The position numbers were made by a program, and so were the translations under genes. 19,765 nucleotides of DNA, from the NCBI GenBank assembly GCA_049970495.1, contig JBMFMV010000035.1, positions 1-19,765 on the forward strand, in the 5' to 3' direction. Below, one piece after another: positions 8,202 to 16,420 of the stretch (within the stretch, counting starts at the first letter, position 1; each line of letters opens with the position of its first letter). The DNA is from a bacterium. GTDB lineage: Bacteria; DUMJ01. Under the pieces are notes generated by a model. It worked only from the letters and a program-made list of their open reading frames with translations. It had not been told where the DNA came from and ran no database searches.

Positions 8202-8202
8202 T
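8194..8202 (+). promoter_or_regulatory. Putative extended -10 promoter for hisS-aspS (TGcTATAAT)
   Basis: Perfect TGnTATAAT overlapping the sepF stop codon, 45 nt upstream of the hisS ATG. SD GGAGG at 8231-8235. No -35 match. Confidence 0.55.
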
Positions 8203-8247
8203 GTTCTAATAGAGTTTAAATAATTGATTTGGAGGATATAAAGCTTT

Positions 8248-9507
8248 ATGAAGCCAAAATATACCTCATTAAGAGGGGTAAGAGACATACTCCCTGATGA
8301 ATTAAGATATTGGAGAAGTGTAGAGGCAAAGGCTAGGGAATTATTTAAGAAGTATAACTATAAAGAAATAGAAACCCCTATAATAGAACCTGCAGAAATG
8401 TTTATTAGGACTGTAGGAGAAGAAAGTGACATAGTAAGAAAAGAGATGTATATCTTTAAAGACAGAGGGGAGAGATTAGTTGCTTTAAGGCCGGAAGGCA
8501 CAGCTCCTGTAGTAAGGGCTTTCCTTGAGAATAGTCTTTATGTCCCGGGTAAAGTTGCTAAATTCTACTATATAGGCGATATGTTTAGATATGACAGACC
8601 TCAAGCTGGCAGACAGCGAGAGTTTCATCAAATAGGAATAGAAGCCCTAGGAGAGTCCTCCTATATACTAGACGTAGAAGTGATAATGCTATTACTTGAA
8701 TTTTTTGAAGAATTAGGGCTACACGATACAATCTTGCTTCTAAACAGTGTTGGTTGCGCTACCTGTAGAGTAGAATATTCTAAAGCTCTCCGAGAATTCT
8801 TTACCCCCCATGTAGATGAATTGTGCGAAGACTGTAGAGTCAGATTAGAAAAAAATCCCCTTAGAATACTAGACTGTAAAGTTGAAACCTGTAAAAGAAT
8901 AGTATCTAAAGCTCCTAGTATATTAGATTATCTATGTGATGACTGTAGAACTCACTTTGAAAAAGTAAAGGACACCTTGCATTCTCTTAATATCAAATAT
9001 ATCCTTGATACTAAGCTTGTAAGGGGCCTAGACTACTATACGAAAACCACATTTGAAGTAACAGTAGATAACCTAGGTCTGTCTATTGGCGGTGGGGGGA
9101 GATACGATGGACTTATAAAAGATTTGGGAGGACCAGACTTACCGGGTATTGGTTTTGCGGTAGGGATGGAAAGACTTATTAACGTGCTTAGGGAAAGAGA
9201 GCTTCTATTAGCTGGAGAAGAAGTTCCAGATTATTTTATAGCATATGATTCTAACCTAGTTACTCAGGCTATTATTCTTGCCAAAAATTTAAGGGATAAA
9301 AATTTGATAATAGAAATAAGTTATACTGGTAAGAATTTGAAGTCCCAGCTTAAAGAAGCCGACAGGAGTAAGGCTAAGAGAACCATAATTTTGAGAGAAG
9401 ACTTATGGATAAAAAGTAAGGTTATACTTAAAGACATGAATACAGGAGATCAAGAAGAAGTAGAACTAGATAAATTGGAGGTATCTTTAGTTGGACAAAG
9501 AGTTTAA
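8248..9507 (+). CDS. hisS: Histidine--tRNA ligase
   Basis: RGVRD, KEMY.F.D, LRPEGTA, motif 2 FRYDRPQAGRQREFHQIGIE, LVRGLDYYT, GGGRYDGL, GFAVGMERL. Confidence 0.98.
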   Translation: MKPKYTSLRGVRDILPDELRYWRSVEAKARELFKKYNYKEIETPIIEPAEMFIRTVGEESDIVRKEMYIFKDRGERLVALRPEGTAPVVRAFLENSLYVPGKVAKFYYIGDMFRYDRPQAGRQREFHQIGIEALGESSYILDVEVIMLLLEFFEELGLHDTILLLNSVGCATCRVEYSKALREFFTPHVDELCEDCRVRLEKNPLRILDCKVETCKRIVSKAPSILDYLCDDCRTHFEKVKDTLHSLNIKYILDTKLVRGLDYYTKTTFEVTVDNLGLSIGGGGRYDGLIKDLGGPDLPGIGFAVGMERLINVLRERELLLAGEEVPDYFIAYDSNLVTQAIILAKNLRDKNLIIEISYTGKNLKSQLKEADRSKAKRTIILREDLWIKSKVILKDMNTGDQEEVELDKLEVSLVGQRV

Positions 9508-11248
9508 GAGGACTAATTACTGTGGAAATTTTGGAATAGGTGATGTAGGAAAAGAGGTAGTTTTGAATGGGTGGGTCCATAGACGAAGAGACCATGGGGG
9601 ATTAATATTTATAGACTTAAGGGACAGAAGTGGCATTATACAACTCGTATTTGATCCAAAATATAGTAAAGATTCCTTTGAGATAGCTCAGGAATTAAAG
9701 AATGAATGGGTTATAGGAGTAAGAGGACAGGTAGTAAGAAGACCTCTTGGTTCAGAGAATCCTAAAATCTCTACTGGAGAGATCGAAGTCTTAGTTGATA
9801 AGATAAAAATCTTCTCCAAGTCTAAAATATTACCATTTAACGTAAACGAGGAAGAAAAAGTTGACGAATACATTAGATTAAGATATAGATTCTTGGATTT
9901 AAGGAGACCTAGATTACAGAGGAATATAGAATTAAGGCATAGAGTTACCCAGATAGTTAGAAGGTATCTTTCAGATAACGGCTTTTGGGAGGTAGAGACC
10001 CCAATACTTACTAGAAGTACTCCAGAAGGAGCTAGAGATTATCTTGTCCCTAGTAGGATTCATAGAGGAAAATTTTATGCCCTACCTCAATCTCCTCAGC
10101 TTTTTAAGCAGATGCTTATGGTAGCTGGTATAGACAGATATTTTCAGGTAGCTAGATGTTTTAGAGACGAAGATTTAAGGGCTGATAGACAACCAGAGTT
10201 TACCCAGATAGATATAGAAGCATCATTTATAGATGAAGAAGATATATTTAACATAGTAGAAGGTCTTATGTATTCAATGTTCAAAGAAGCCATAGGTATT
10301 GAGCTTTCTTTACCTTTTCCTAGGATGACTTATCAAGAGGCATACTATAAATATGGGACAGATAAACCTGATCTTAGATATGACACTATACTTTACGAGG
10401 TATCTACAGTAGCTAATCTTATTCCATTCCCTCCATTTCAAGGTAAAGAAGTGATAGCAGTGAAGATACCAAATAAGGGTGATGTAACAAGAAAAACCAT
10501 AGATGAATTAACTGAGTCTGCTAAGGCTCTTGGAGCAAAGGGGCTAGCTTGGCTTGATCTTCAAAAGGAACCTAGAGGACCATTTAGTAAATTATTAACT
10601 AATAACATTATAACAGAGATAAAGAAGGCTACAGATTCACTAGATGGAGATCTACTATTATTTATAGCTGATGAACCCGGGATAGCAAGAGAAACAATGG
10701 GTAGATTTAGGCTAGAAATAAATAAGAGATTCTTCCAACCAAATACACAATATGCATTTGTTTGGATAGTAGATTTCCCTCTCTTCTCTTTTAATAGAGA
10801 AGAAAACAGAATAGAAGCCGAACATCACCCATTTACTTCCCCTAAGGGAGAAGACATAGCTCTTTTAGATACTGACCCTCTAAAAGTAAGAGCGAATGCG
10901 TATGACTTAGTCCTTAATGGGGTAGAGCTTGGAAGTGGAAGTATAAGGAATAATGAACCAGATATGCAAAAGAAGATCTTTTCTATACTTGGCTTAGACG
11001 AGGCTGCTGCTTATAAAAAGTTTGGTTTCTTATTAGAAGCACTCTCTTATGGAGCTCCACCTCACGGTGGAATAGCTTTGGGTTTAGATAGAATAGTCGC
11101 TATTATGGCAGGTGAAGACAGTATAAGAGAAGTACTCGCTTTTCCAAAGACGCAAAGTGCCTTCTGTCCATTAACAGAAGCCCCTTCAGAAGTAGATGAT
11201 AGACAGTTAGAAGAACTTGGTATATCTATAAAGAAGGAGGAGGATTAA
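9491..11248 (+). CDS. aspS: Aspartate--tRNA ligase (probably non-discriminating, Asp/Asn)
   Basis: RRRDHGGLIFIDLRD, TPEGARDYLVPSR, ALPQSPQLFKQ, FRDEDLRADRQPEFTQID, HHPFT, GAPPHGGIALGLDR. TTG start with GGAGGT at 9477-9482. Confidence 0.98.
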   Translation: MDKEFKRTNYCGNFGIGDVGKEVVLNGWVHRRRDHGGLIFIDLRDRSGIIQLVFDPKYSKDSFEIAQELKNEWVIGVRGQVVRRPLGSENPKISTGEIEVLVDKIKIFSKSKILPFNVNEEEKVDEYIRLRYRFLDLRRPRLQRNIELRHRVTQIVRRYLSDNGFWEVETPILTRSTPEGARDYLVPSRIHRGKFYALPQSPQLFKQMLMVAGIDRYFQVARCFRDEDLRADRQPEFTQIDIEASFIDEEDIFNIVEGLMYSMFKEAIGIELSLPFPRMTYQEAYYKYGTDKPDLRYDTILYEVSTVANLIPFPPFQGKEVIAVKIPNKGDVTRKTIDELTESAKALGAKGLAWLDLQKEPRGPFSKLLTNNIITEIKKATDSLDGDLLLFIADEPGIARETMGRFRLEINKRFFQPNTQYAFVWIVDFPLFSFNREENRIEAEHHPFTSPKGEDIALLDTDPLKVRANAYDLVLNGVELGSGSIRNNEPDMQKKIFSILGLDEAAAYKKFGFLLEALSYGAPPHGGIALGLDRIVAIMAGEDSIREVLAFPKTQSAFCPLTEAPSEVDDRQLEELGISIKKEED

Positions 11249-11251
11249 AAT

Positions 11252-12046
11252 ATGAATATAATATTGCCTGCTATAACATTAGGCTTGATCGGGGCAGGTA
11301 TGGGTACTTTACTTTCATTAGCCAATAAAGTTTTTTATGTAGAAACATCTGAATTACAGCAAAGAATTAGAGCAGTGCTTCCTGGAGCTAATTGTGGTGC
11401 ATGCGGATATCCAGGTTGTGATGGGTTAGCAGAGGCTATATCTAAAGGAACCGCTTCTATAAATAGTTGTCCGGTTGGCGGAGAATCTACTACTAGAAAG
11501 ATAGCTTCTATTCTTGGGATAGAAGCTCCTTCTCTTCAGGAAACAAAGTTAGTACTATTATGTTCGGGAACAAAGGATAAAGCTATTAGAAAATTTGATT
11601 ATACGGGTATAAAAGATTGTAATATAAGGTCTATTATCTGGGGTGGGGATATTTCCTGTCCATATGGATGTCTTGGAGGAGGAACCTGTGTTGAGAGTTG
11701 TCCTTTCTCTGCCTTAAGTATGGGGGAGGATGGTCTTCCCAATATCGATCATTTAAAGTGTAAAACTTGTGGAATATGCGTTCAGGTATGCCCGAGGCAT
11801 CTCTTTGCCTTAGTGCCAAAGAATACTAAGATAATAGTAGGATGTAGCGCGAAGGAGCTTACCGGAAGAGATACTAGAAAGGTATGTAGTGCAGGATGCA
11901 TAAAGAGTGGAATGTGTGCAAGGGTATGTCCAGTTGGTGCAATAAAGATGAAGAATAATTGGCCTATAATTGATCAGGATAAATGTATTGCATGTGGAGC
12001 CTGTGTTGAGAAGTGCCCAGTTCACGTTATGCACCTTGTCGTATAA
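11252..12046 (+). CDS. rnfB: RnfB-type membrane-anchored polyferredoxin (electron transport complex subunit B)
   Basis: N-terminal hydrophobic helix followed by K.F.VE. FeS domain LPGANCGACGYPGC...CPVGG. Ferredoxin motifs CPYGCLGGGTCVESCP, CKTCGICVQVCP, CSAGCIKSGMCARVCP and CIACGACVEKCP. Strong SD. Confidence 0.88.
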   Translation: MNIILPAITLGLIGAGMGTLLSLANKVFYVETSELQQRIRAVLPGANCGACGYPGCDGLAEAISKGTASINSCPVGGESTTRKIASILGIEAPSLQETKLVLLCSGTKDKAIRKFDYTGIKDCNIRSIIWGGDISCPYGCLGGGTCVESCPFSALSMGEDGLPNIDHLKCKTCGICVQVCPRHLFALVPKNTKIIVGCSAKELTGRDTRKVCSAGCIKSGMCARVCPVGAIKMKNNWPIIDQDKCIACGACVEKCPVHVMHLVV

Positions 12047-13035
12047 AGAATTACTTTACCATAATAATAGGTATACTGTTAGTCCTAATATTATATTGGA
12101 GGTATATAAGTTCATCTTATAAACCTACTAGAGTAACATCTTTTTTAATGGACACCTTAGTATACATAGAAATAGAAGATCGAGGTATGCAAGATGTCGC
12201 TAATGAAGGAATAAGGATAATGCAAAATTTACAGAACAAGTTTGATGTAAACTTAGGTACAAGTGATCTAGCTAAGATAAATGCTTCTGCAGGGAAAGGA
12301 CCTGTAGAAGTCTCAGAAGATACCTTAGAGATAGTAAAAGAGGCGATAAAGATATCAAAACTCTCTAATGGAGCATTTGATATAACTATAGGGGCTTTAA
12401 CTAAAGAATGGGGTTTTACGGATGGTAATTATAGACTGCCTAGCCGTAGTAAGATAAAGGAAAAGTTGAAATTAGTAAACTATAATTATGTAAAGATCTA
12501 TGATTCGGAGATAGAATTAACAGTAAAAGGAATGTATTTAGATCTTGGTGGAATAGCTAAGGGCTATGCAGTAGATAAGATATATGAATTCTTAGATGCT
12601 AAAAGAGTAAAGAGAGCAGTTATAAATGCAGGTGGAACGATAAGAACATTAGAAAGAGTACCTAAAAGATTATGGAAGATTGGGATAAAAGACCCCACTG
12701 GTAAGAAGGAGATTTTAGGAGTCCTTTATCTAGATTCAGGTTTAGCGGTGGCTACCTCAGGGGATTATGAACGTTATTTTGTAAAAGATGGGGTTAAATA
12801 TCATCATCTATTAAATCCAAAGACAGGATATCCGTCTAACCTATGTAAAAGTGTGACTGTCGTTAGTAAAAGGGCAACTGAGTCAGATGCTCTATCCACA
12901 GCAATATTTGTACTAGGACCTAAGGAAGGGTTAGACCTAGCAAAAAAATTAGGAGTTGGAGTAGTAATAGTAGACTCACAGAATAATATCTTCGTGTCGG
13001 ATAATCTAAAGGATAGGTTTAAGTTGGATGAATAA
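12013..13035 (+). CDS. apbE: FAD:protein FMN transferase (ApbE family); start either GTG 12013 or ATA 12043
   Basis: MDT, GAFDIT.G.L...WGF, DLGGIAKGYAVD, ATSGDYERYF, YHHLLNPKTGYP, DALSTA. N-terminal TM segment with no lipobox Cys at its end. Confidence 0.95.
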   Translation: MPSSRYAPCRIKNYFTIIIGILLVLILYWRYISSSYKPTRVTSFLMDTLVYIEIEDRGMQDVANEGIRIMQNLQNKFDVNLGTSDLAKINASAGKGPVEVSEDTLEIVKEAIKISKLSNGAFDITIGALTKEWGFTDGNYRLPSRSKIKEKLKLVNYNYVKIYDSEIELTVKGMYLDLGGIAKGYAVDKIYEFLDAKRVKRAVINAGGTIRTLERVPKRLWKIGIKDPTGKKEILGVLYLDSGLAVATSGDYERYFVKDGVKYHHLLNPKTGYPSNLCKSVTVVSKRATESDALSTAIFVLGPKEGLDLAKKLGVGVVIVDSQNNIFVSDNLKDRFKLDE

Positions 13036-13519
13036 CAAGAAATTAGTAAGATTATCTTTAATGTTAGCTTTAGCTCTCATATTAGGGTTATTAGAGAGTA
13101 CTTTACCTCCATTGCCAGTTCCTGGGGTAAAACTTGGACTAGCAAATATAGTAAATGTCTTGGTATTGTATCTTGATGGATTTATAGAAAGTTTACTGAT
13201 TTCTATAACTAGAGTTATAATATTGTCCATCTTTTCAGGTAGTCTATTCTCTTTAACTTTTTACATCTCATTAAGTGGAGCTATAGTAAGTGTTATTGGA
13301 ATGGCTTTAATCTATATAATTTTCAGTAGAGATATATCTCCTATATCTGTAAGTTCTTTTGGTGCTTTTATGCATATATGTGCACAACTAGTAACGGTAA
13401 GTATTTTAATAAACACTAAGAATATTTTATATCTTTTCCCCATTCTATCTATTTTAGGGGTACTAACAGGTGTTGTTACAGGAATAATATCTTCTTATGT
13501 TCTAAGATTGAAACTATGA
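13028..13519 (+). CDS. Gx transporter family membrane protein (annotated as heptaprenyl diphosphate synthase component I-like)
   Basis: LALIL..LE..LP.LPVPGVKLGLANI, R..I..IF.G, S.SG, S..GA..H...Q. Highly hydrophobic, 163 aa, adjacent to apbE. Confidence 0.88.
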   Translation: MNNKKLVRLSLMLALALILGLLESTLPPLPVPGVKLGLANIVNVLVLYLDGFIESLLISITRVIILSIFSGSLFSLTFYISLSGAIVSVIGMALIYIIFSRDISPISVSSFGAFMHICAQLVTVSILINTKNILYLFPILSILGVLTGVVTGIISSYVLRLKL

Positions 13520-14100
13520 AGATAAAATTAATCTTAGCATCTAGTTCACCCAGAAGGATAGAGCTTCTAAGTAAGTTGGGGATAGATTTTGAAGTGATAC
13601 CTAGTAATGTGGAAGAGCCTGACCCTCTTCCAGGTGAAGACCCGATAAGTTTTGTAAAGAGAGTCTCTGAAATAAAGGCTGATAAGGTAAGGCAGACAGT
13701 AAAAGAGGGTATTATTCTTGGTACAGATACAATAGTAGAGTTATCTAGACTAATACTAGGAAAGCCTATAGATAGGAATTCAGCCAAAGGTATGTTGAAG
13801 TTATTATCTGGCAGGATACACAGAGTAGTTACAGGGTTTACTATTATAGACTGTAGGAAGCGAAAACTAATCTCGGATGCTGCTATTACTGCAGTAAAAT
13901 TTCGTAGATTAAGAGAAGAAGATATTGAGGATTATTTAGAGAAAGGAGAGTATATGGACAAAGCTGGAGCCTATGCTATACAGGGATATGGTAGTAATTT
14001 TATAGAGTATATAAAAGGATGCTATTATAATGTAATGGGACTTCCTCTAGAAAGAATTACAGAAGTCCTTAGACATTTCTTGTTAGAGGAGGAGATATGA
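13516..14100 (+). CDS. maf: Maf family nucleoside triphosphate pyrophosphatase (YhdE-type, dTTP/UTP)
   Basis: [39 protein letters not shown] signature residues of the YhdE subtype. Precedes mreB. Confidence 0.95.
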   Translation: MKIKLILASSSPRRIELLSKLGIDFEVIPSNVEEPDPLPGEDPISFVKRVSEIKADKVRQTVKEGIILGTDTIVELSRLILGKPIDRNSAKGMLKLLSGRIHRVVTGFTIIDCRKRKLISDAAITAVKFRRLREEDIEDYLEKGEYMDKAGAYAIQGYGSNFIEYIKGCYYNVMGLPLERITEVLRHFLLEEEI

Positions 14101-15125
14101 ATATTTTTTCTAGAGATATTGGAATAGACCTTGGCACATCAAATACAGTTGTATTTCTAAAAGGAAGGGGAATAGTTCTAAGGGAACCTACTGTTATAGC
14201 GGTGAGTAAGGGTTCTACTGAAATTTTAGCAGTTGGAGAAGAGGCTAAGAGGATGCTGGGAAGGACACCAAGTGATATTATAGCTATAAGACCCATGAAA
14301 GATGGGGTTATTGCAGATTTTGAAATAACAAAGACTATGCTAGAATACTTTATAAGTAAAGCTCAGGGAAGAAAAGGTCTTCTTAGACCTAGAGTAGTAA
14401 TTGGAATTCCTAGTGGTAGCACTGAGGTGGAAAGAAGAGCAGTTCATGAGGCTGCTTTAAAAGCAGGTGCAAGAGAAGTGTACCTAGTAGACGAACCTAT
14501 GGCTGCAGCTATAGGAGCAGGTTTACCTGTAGCAGAGCCAAGAGGTAGTATGATAGTTGATATAGGTGGAGGAACTACAGAGATAGCAGTTATTTCCTTA
14601 GGTGGGATAGTTACATCTAAATCTATAAGGATAGCCGGAGATGAAATGGACGATGCCATTATTCAGTATGTAAAAAAAGAATATAATCTCCTTATAGGAG
14701 AAAGAACTGCGGAAGAAGTCAAGATAAAGATAGGTTCAGCTTACTCCTTAGAGAACGAGTTAACTATGGAGATAAAAGGTAGAGACCTCTTAACAGGACT
14801 TCCTAAGACTATAGAAATTAATGGTAGTGAGATTCGAGGAGCTCTACAACCAGTGATAATGGCTATTGTTGATGCAGTAAAGTCTGCTCTAGAGGCAACT
14901 CCTCCTGAACTTGCAAGTGACATAATAGAGAGAGGTATTATACTTGCAGGTGGAGGAGCTTTACTTAAAGGAATAGACAAGATTCTGTCTCAAGAAACAG
15001 AGATGCCGGTATTTGTAGCCGATGACCCATTATCTTGTGTAGCATTAGGCACAGGAAAAATGTTAGAGGAGGTCAGTATATTAAAGAGAGTTACCAGTTA
15101 CAGAGGAAAGGGTGAAAGGTTCTGA
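14097..15125 (+). CDS. mreB: Rod shape-determining protein MreB
   Basis: [60 protein letters not shown] and ATGA overlap with maf. Confidence 0.99.
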   Translation: MNIFSRDIGIDLGTSNTVVFLKGRGIVLREPTVIAVSKGSTEILAVGEEAKRMLGRTPSDIIAIRPMKDGVIADFEITKTMLEYFISKAQGRKGLLRPRVVIGIPSGSTEVERRAVHEAALKAGAREVYLVDEPMAAAIGAGLPVAEPRGSMIVDIGGGTTEIAVISLGGIVTSKSIRIAGDEMDDAIIQYVKKEYNLLIGERTAEEVKIKIGSAYSLENELTMEIKGRDLLTGLPKTIEINGSEIRGALQPVIMAIVDAVKSALEATPPELASDIIERGIILAGGGALLKGIDKILSQETEMPVFVADDPLSCVALGTGKMLEEVSILKRVTSYRGKGERF

Positions 15126-15922
15126 AAAATCTTCTTATTACCCTTTTAATCATCTCATTAGCCCTACTTATAGTCTTTATAGATACCGTAGGGTCTAGAG
15201 GAGAAAATCCTGTTGAAAAGATTTTGAGTTTTATAAGAGATATTGGAGGCTTTATTTCTAAGGCAAAAAATTCTATAGAAGATGGCATCATGTTTACTTA
15301 TTCATTTTTACAGAGACAGATTAGACTTATTGAACATAATAGGAATTTAGAAATTGAATTAGCTAGTTTAAGGGCAGAAAATAGTATACTTAGTAATCAA
15401 GTTAAGGAGTTAAAGCGGTTAGAATTAGCCTACGGTTTTAAAGAAAGTAATCCAAGATTTAATCTTTTAGGTGCTAGAGTAATAAGGAGAGAGCCAAGTC
15501 AATGGTTAAATACTATTCTTTTAGATAGAGGAAGAGTCGATGGGGTAAAACTAAATATGGCTGTAATAAATGAAGATGGGTTAATTGGCAAAGTTATCTC
15601 TGTAAGCAACTATACCTCTAGAGTTTTATTTATATTAGACCCTGGAAATACTGTAAGTGTAAAGATTTTAAGAAATAATGTCATGGGAGTATTAAAAGGG
15701 AATGGAGATGGTACTTGTAGTTTACAGTATATATCTAATGGAACAGACGTCAAGGTGGGAGATATAGTTGTAACTTCAGAGGTGAGTGAACTGTATCCTA
15801 GCGGGATAATTGTTGGGAGAGTAGAAAGTGTTGATAGTAAACCTGGTGAAACCTTTCTAAGAGTTACTGTTATACCATCGGTCAATTTTTCAAATATATA
15901 TTACCTTTGGATAGTAAAATAA
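15122..15922 (+). CDS. mreC: Rod shape-determining protein MreC (probable CTG start, 266 aa)
   Basis: Coiled coil, then ARVI.R, DRG..DGV..NMAVI...[21 protein letters not shown]. The TM anchor [20 protein letters not shown] is encoded in frame upstream of the track's TTG at 15224 and is bounded by an in-frame TGA at 15113. Confidence 0.93.
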   Translation: MKNLLITLLIISLALLIVFIDTVGSRGENPVEKILSFIRDIGGFISKAKNSIEDGIMFTYSFLQRQIRLIEHNRNLEIELASLRAENSILSNQVKELKRLELAYGFKESNPRFNLLGARVIRREPSQWLNTILLDRGRVDGVKLNMAVINEDGLIGKVISVSNYTSRVLFILDPGNTVSVKILRNNVMGVLKGNGDGTCSLQYISNGTDVKVGDIVVTSEVSELYPSGIIVGRVESVDSKPGETFLRVTVIPSVNFSNIYYLWIVK

Positions 15923-15925
15923 GAG

Positions 15926-16420
15926 GTGAATTTGAAAGAGAGGATATTAAGCATAGTATCAGATACTCTGTGGCTTCTTCTAGGAGCCTTCTTAAATATA
16001 CTTTATCCTAATATATTTTCTTTCAGTGGTTTACTCCCTAATTTTCTCCTAATATTTTCTATTCTGTTAGCCTTTACTAAAAATTTCGCAAGTATAGGAC
16101 CCCTAATTATTGTTATTAGTGTAATAGATAGTATATGGAGAGGAATAAACCCTGGAATAAATGCCCTGAGTCTAATAGTATCTATTGGGTTAATATACTT
16201 TATTTTTCACAGGTTATGGAGTAGTAAGTGGATTATAATTATCTCTATCTTCTTAGTCACAGTAATATATTTTCTAGTTAGTTTTCCTTTGATATACATA
16301 AATAAGATAGGCATTCTATCTTTGAGAGATGCATTAGACCTAGGTTTAGTGCAAGGTGTATACAACACTATTATAGGAATCATTATACTTCTGTTTCTTA
16401 AAAGACATAAATTTAGATAG
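15926..16420 (+). CDS. mreD: Rod shape-determining protein MreD (start GTG 15926 or TTG 15932)
   Basis: 164-aa polytopic hydrophobic protein between mreC and mrdA, with PNFLLI, D...G...G..A and late YN motifs. The assignment relies partly on synteny. Confidence 0.8.
   Translation: MNLKERILSIVSDTLWLLLGAFLNILYPNIFSFSGLLPNFLLIFSILLAFTKNFASIGPLIIVISVIDSIWRGINPGINALSLIVSIGLIYFIFHRLWSSKWIIIISIFLVTVIYFLVSFPLIYINKIGILSLRDALDLGLVQGVYNTIIGIIILLFLKRHKFR

Noticed and set aside
8740..8950. Cys-rich segment in HisRS (CATC, CEDC, DCK..C, CDDC)
   Set aside because: This is a common insertion-domain feature of HisRS in many anaerobes and Firmicutes, not novel.
14090..14100. Absence of radC between maf and mreB, and of rodA after mrdA
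   Set aside because: radC is variably present at this locus, and rodA commonly follows minE, which is beyond the window edge.
15224..15226. TTG 15224 as mreC start (ORF track)
   Set aside because: It would remove the transmembrane anchor encoded at 15122-15184.
1245..16420. Genome-wide UAG reassignment (alternative code or pyrrolysine)
   Set aside because: No conserved gene is interrupted by TAG. The four TAG codons fall at expected protein ends, and the murB TAG is followed two codons later by TGA.
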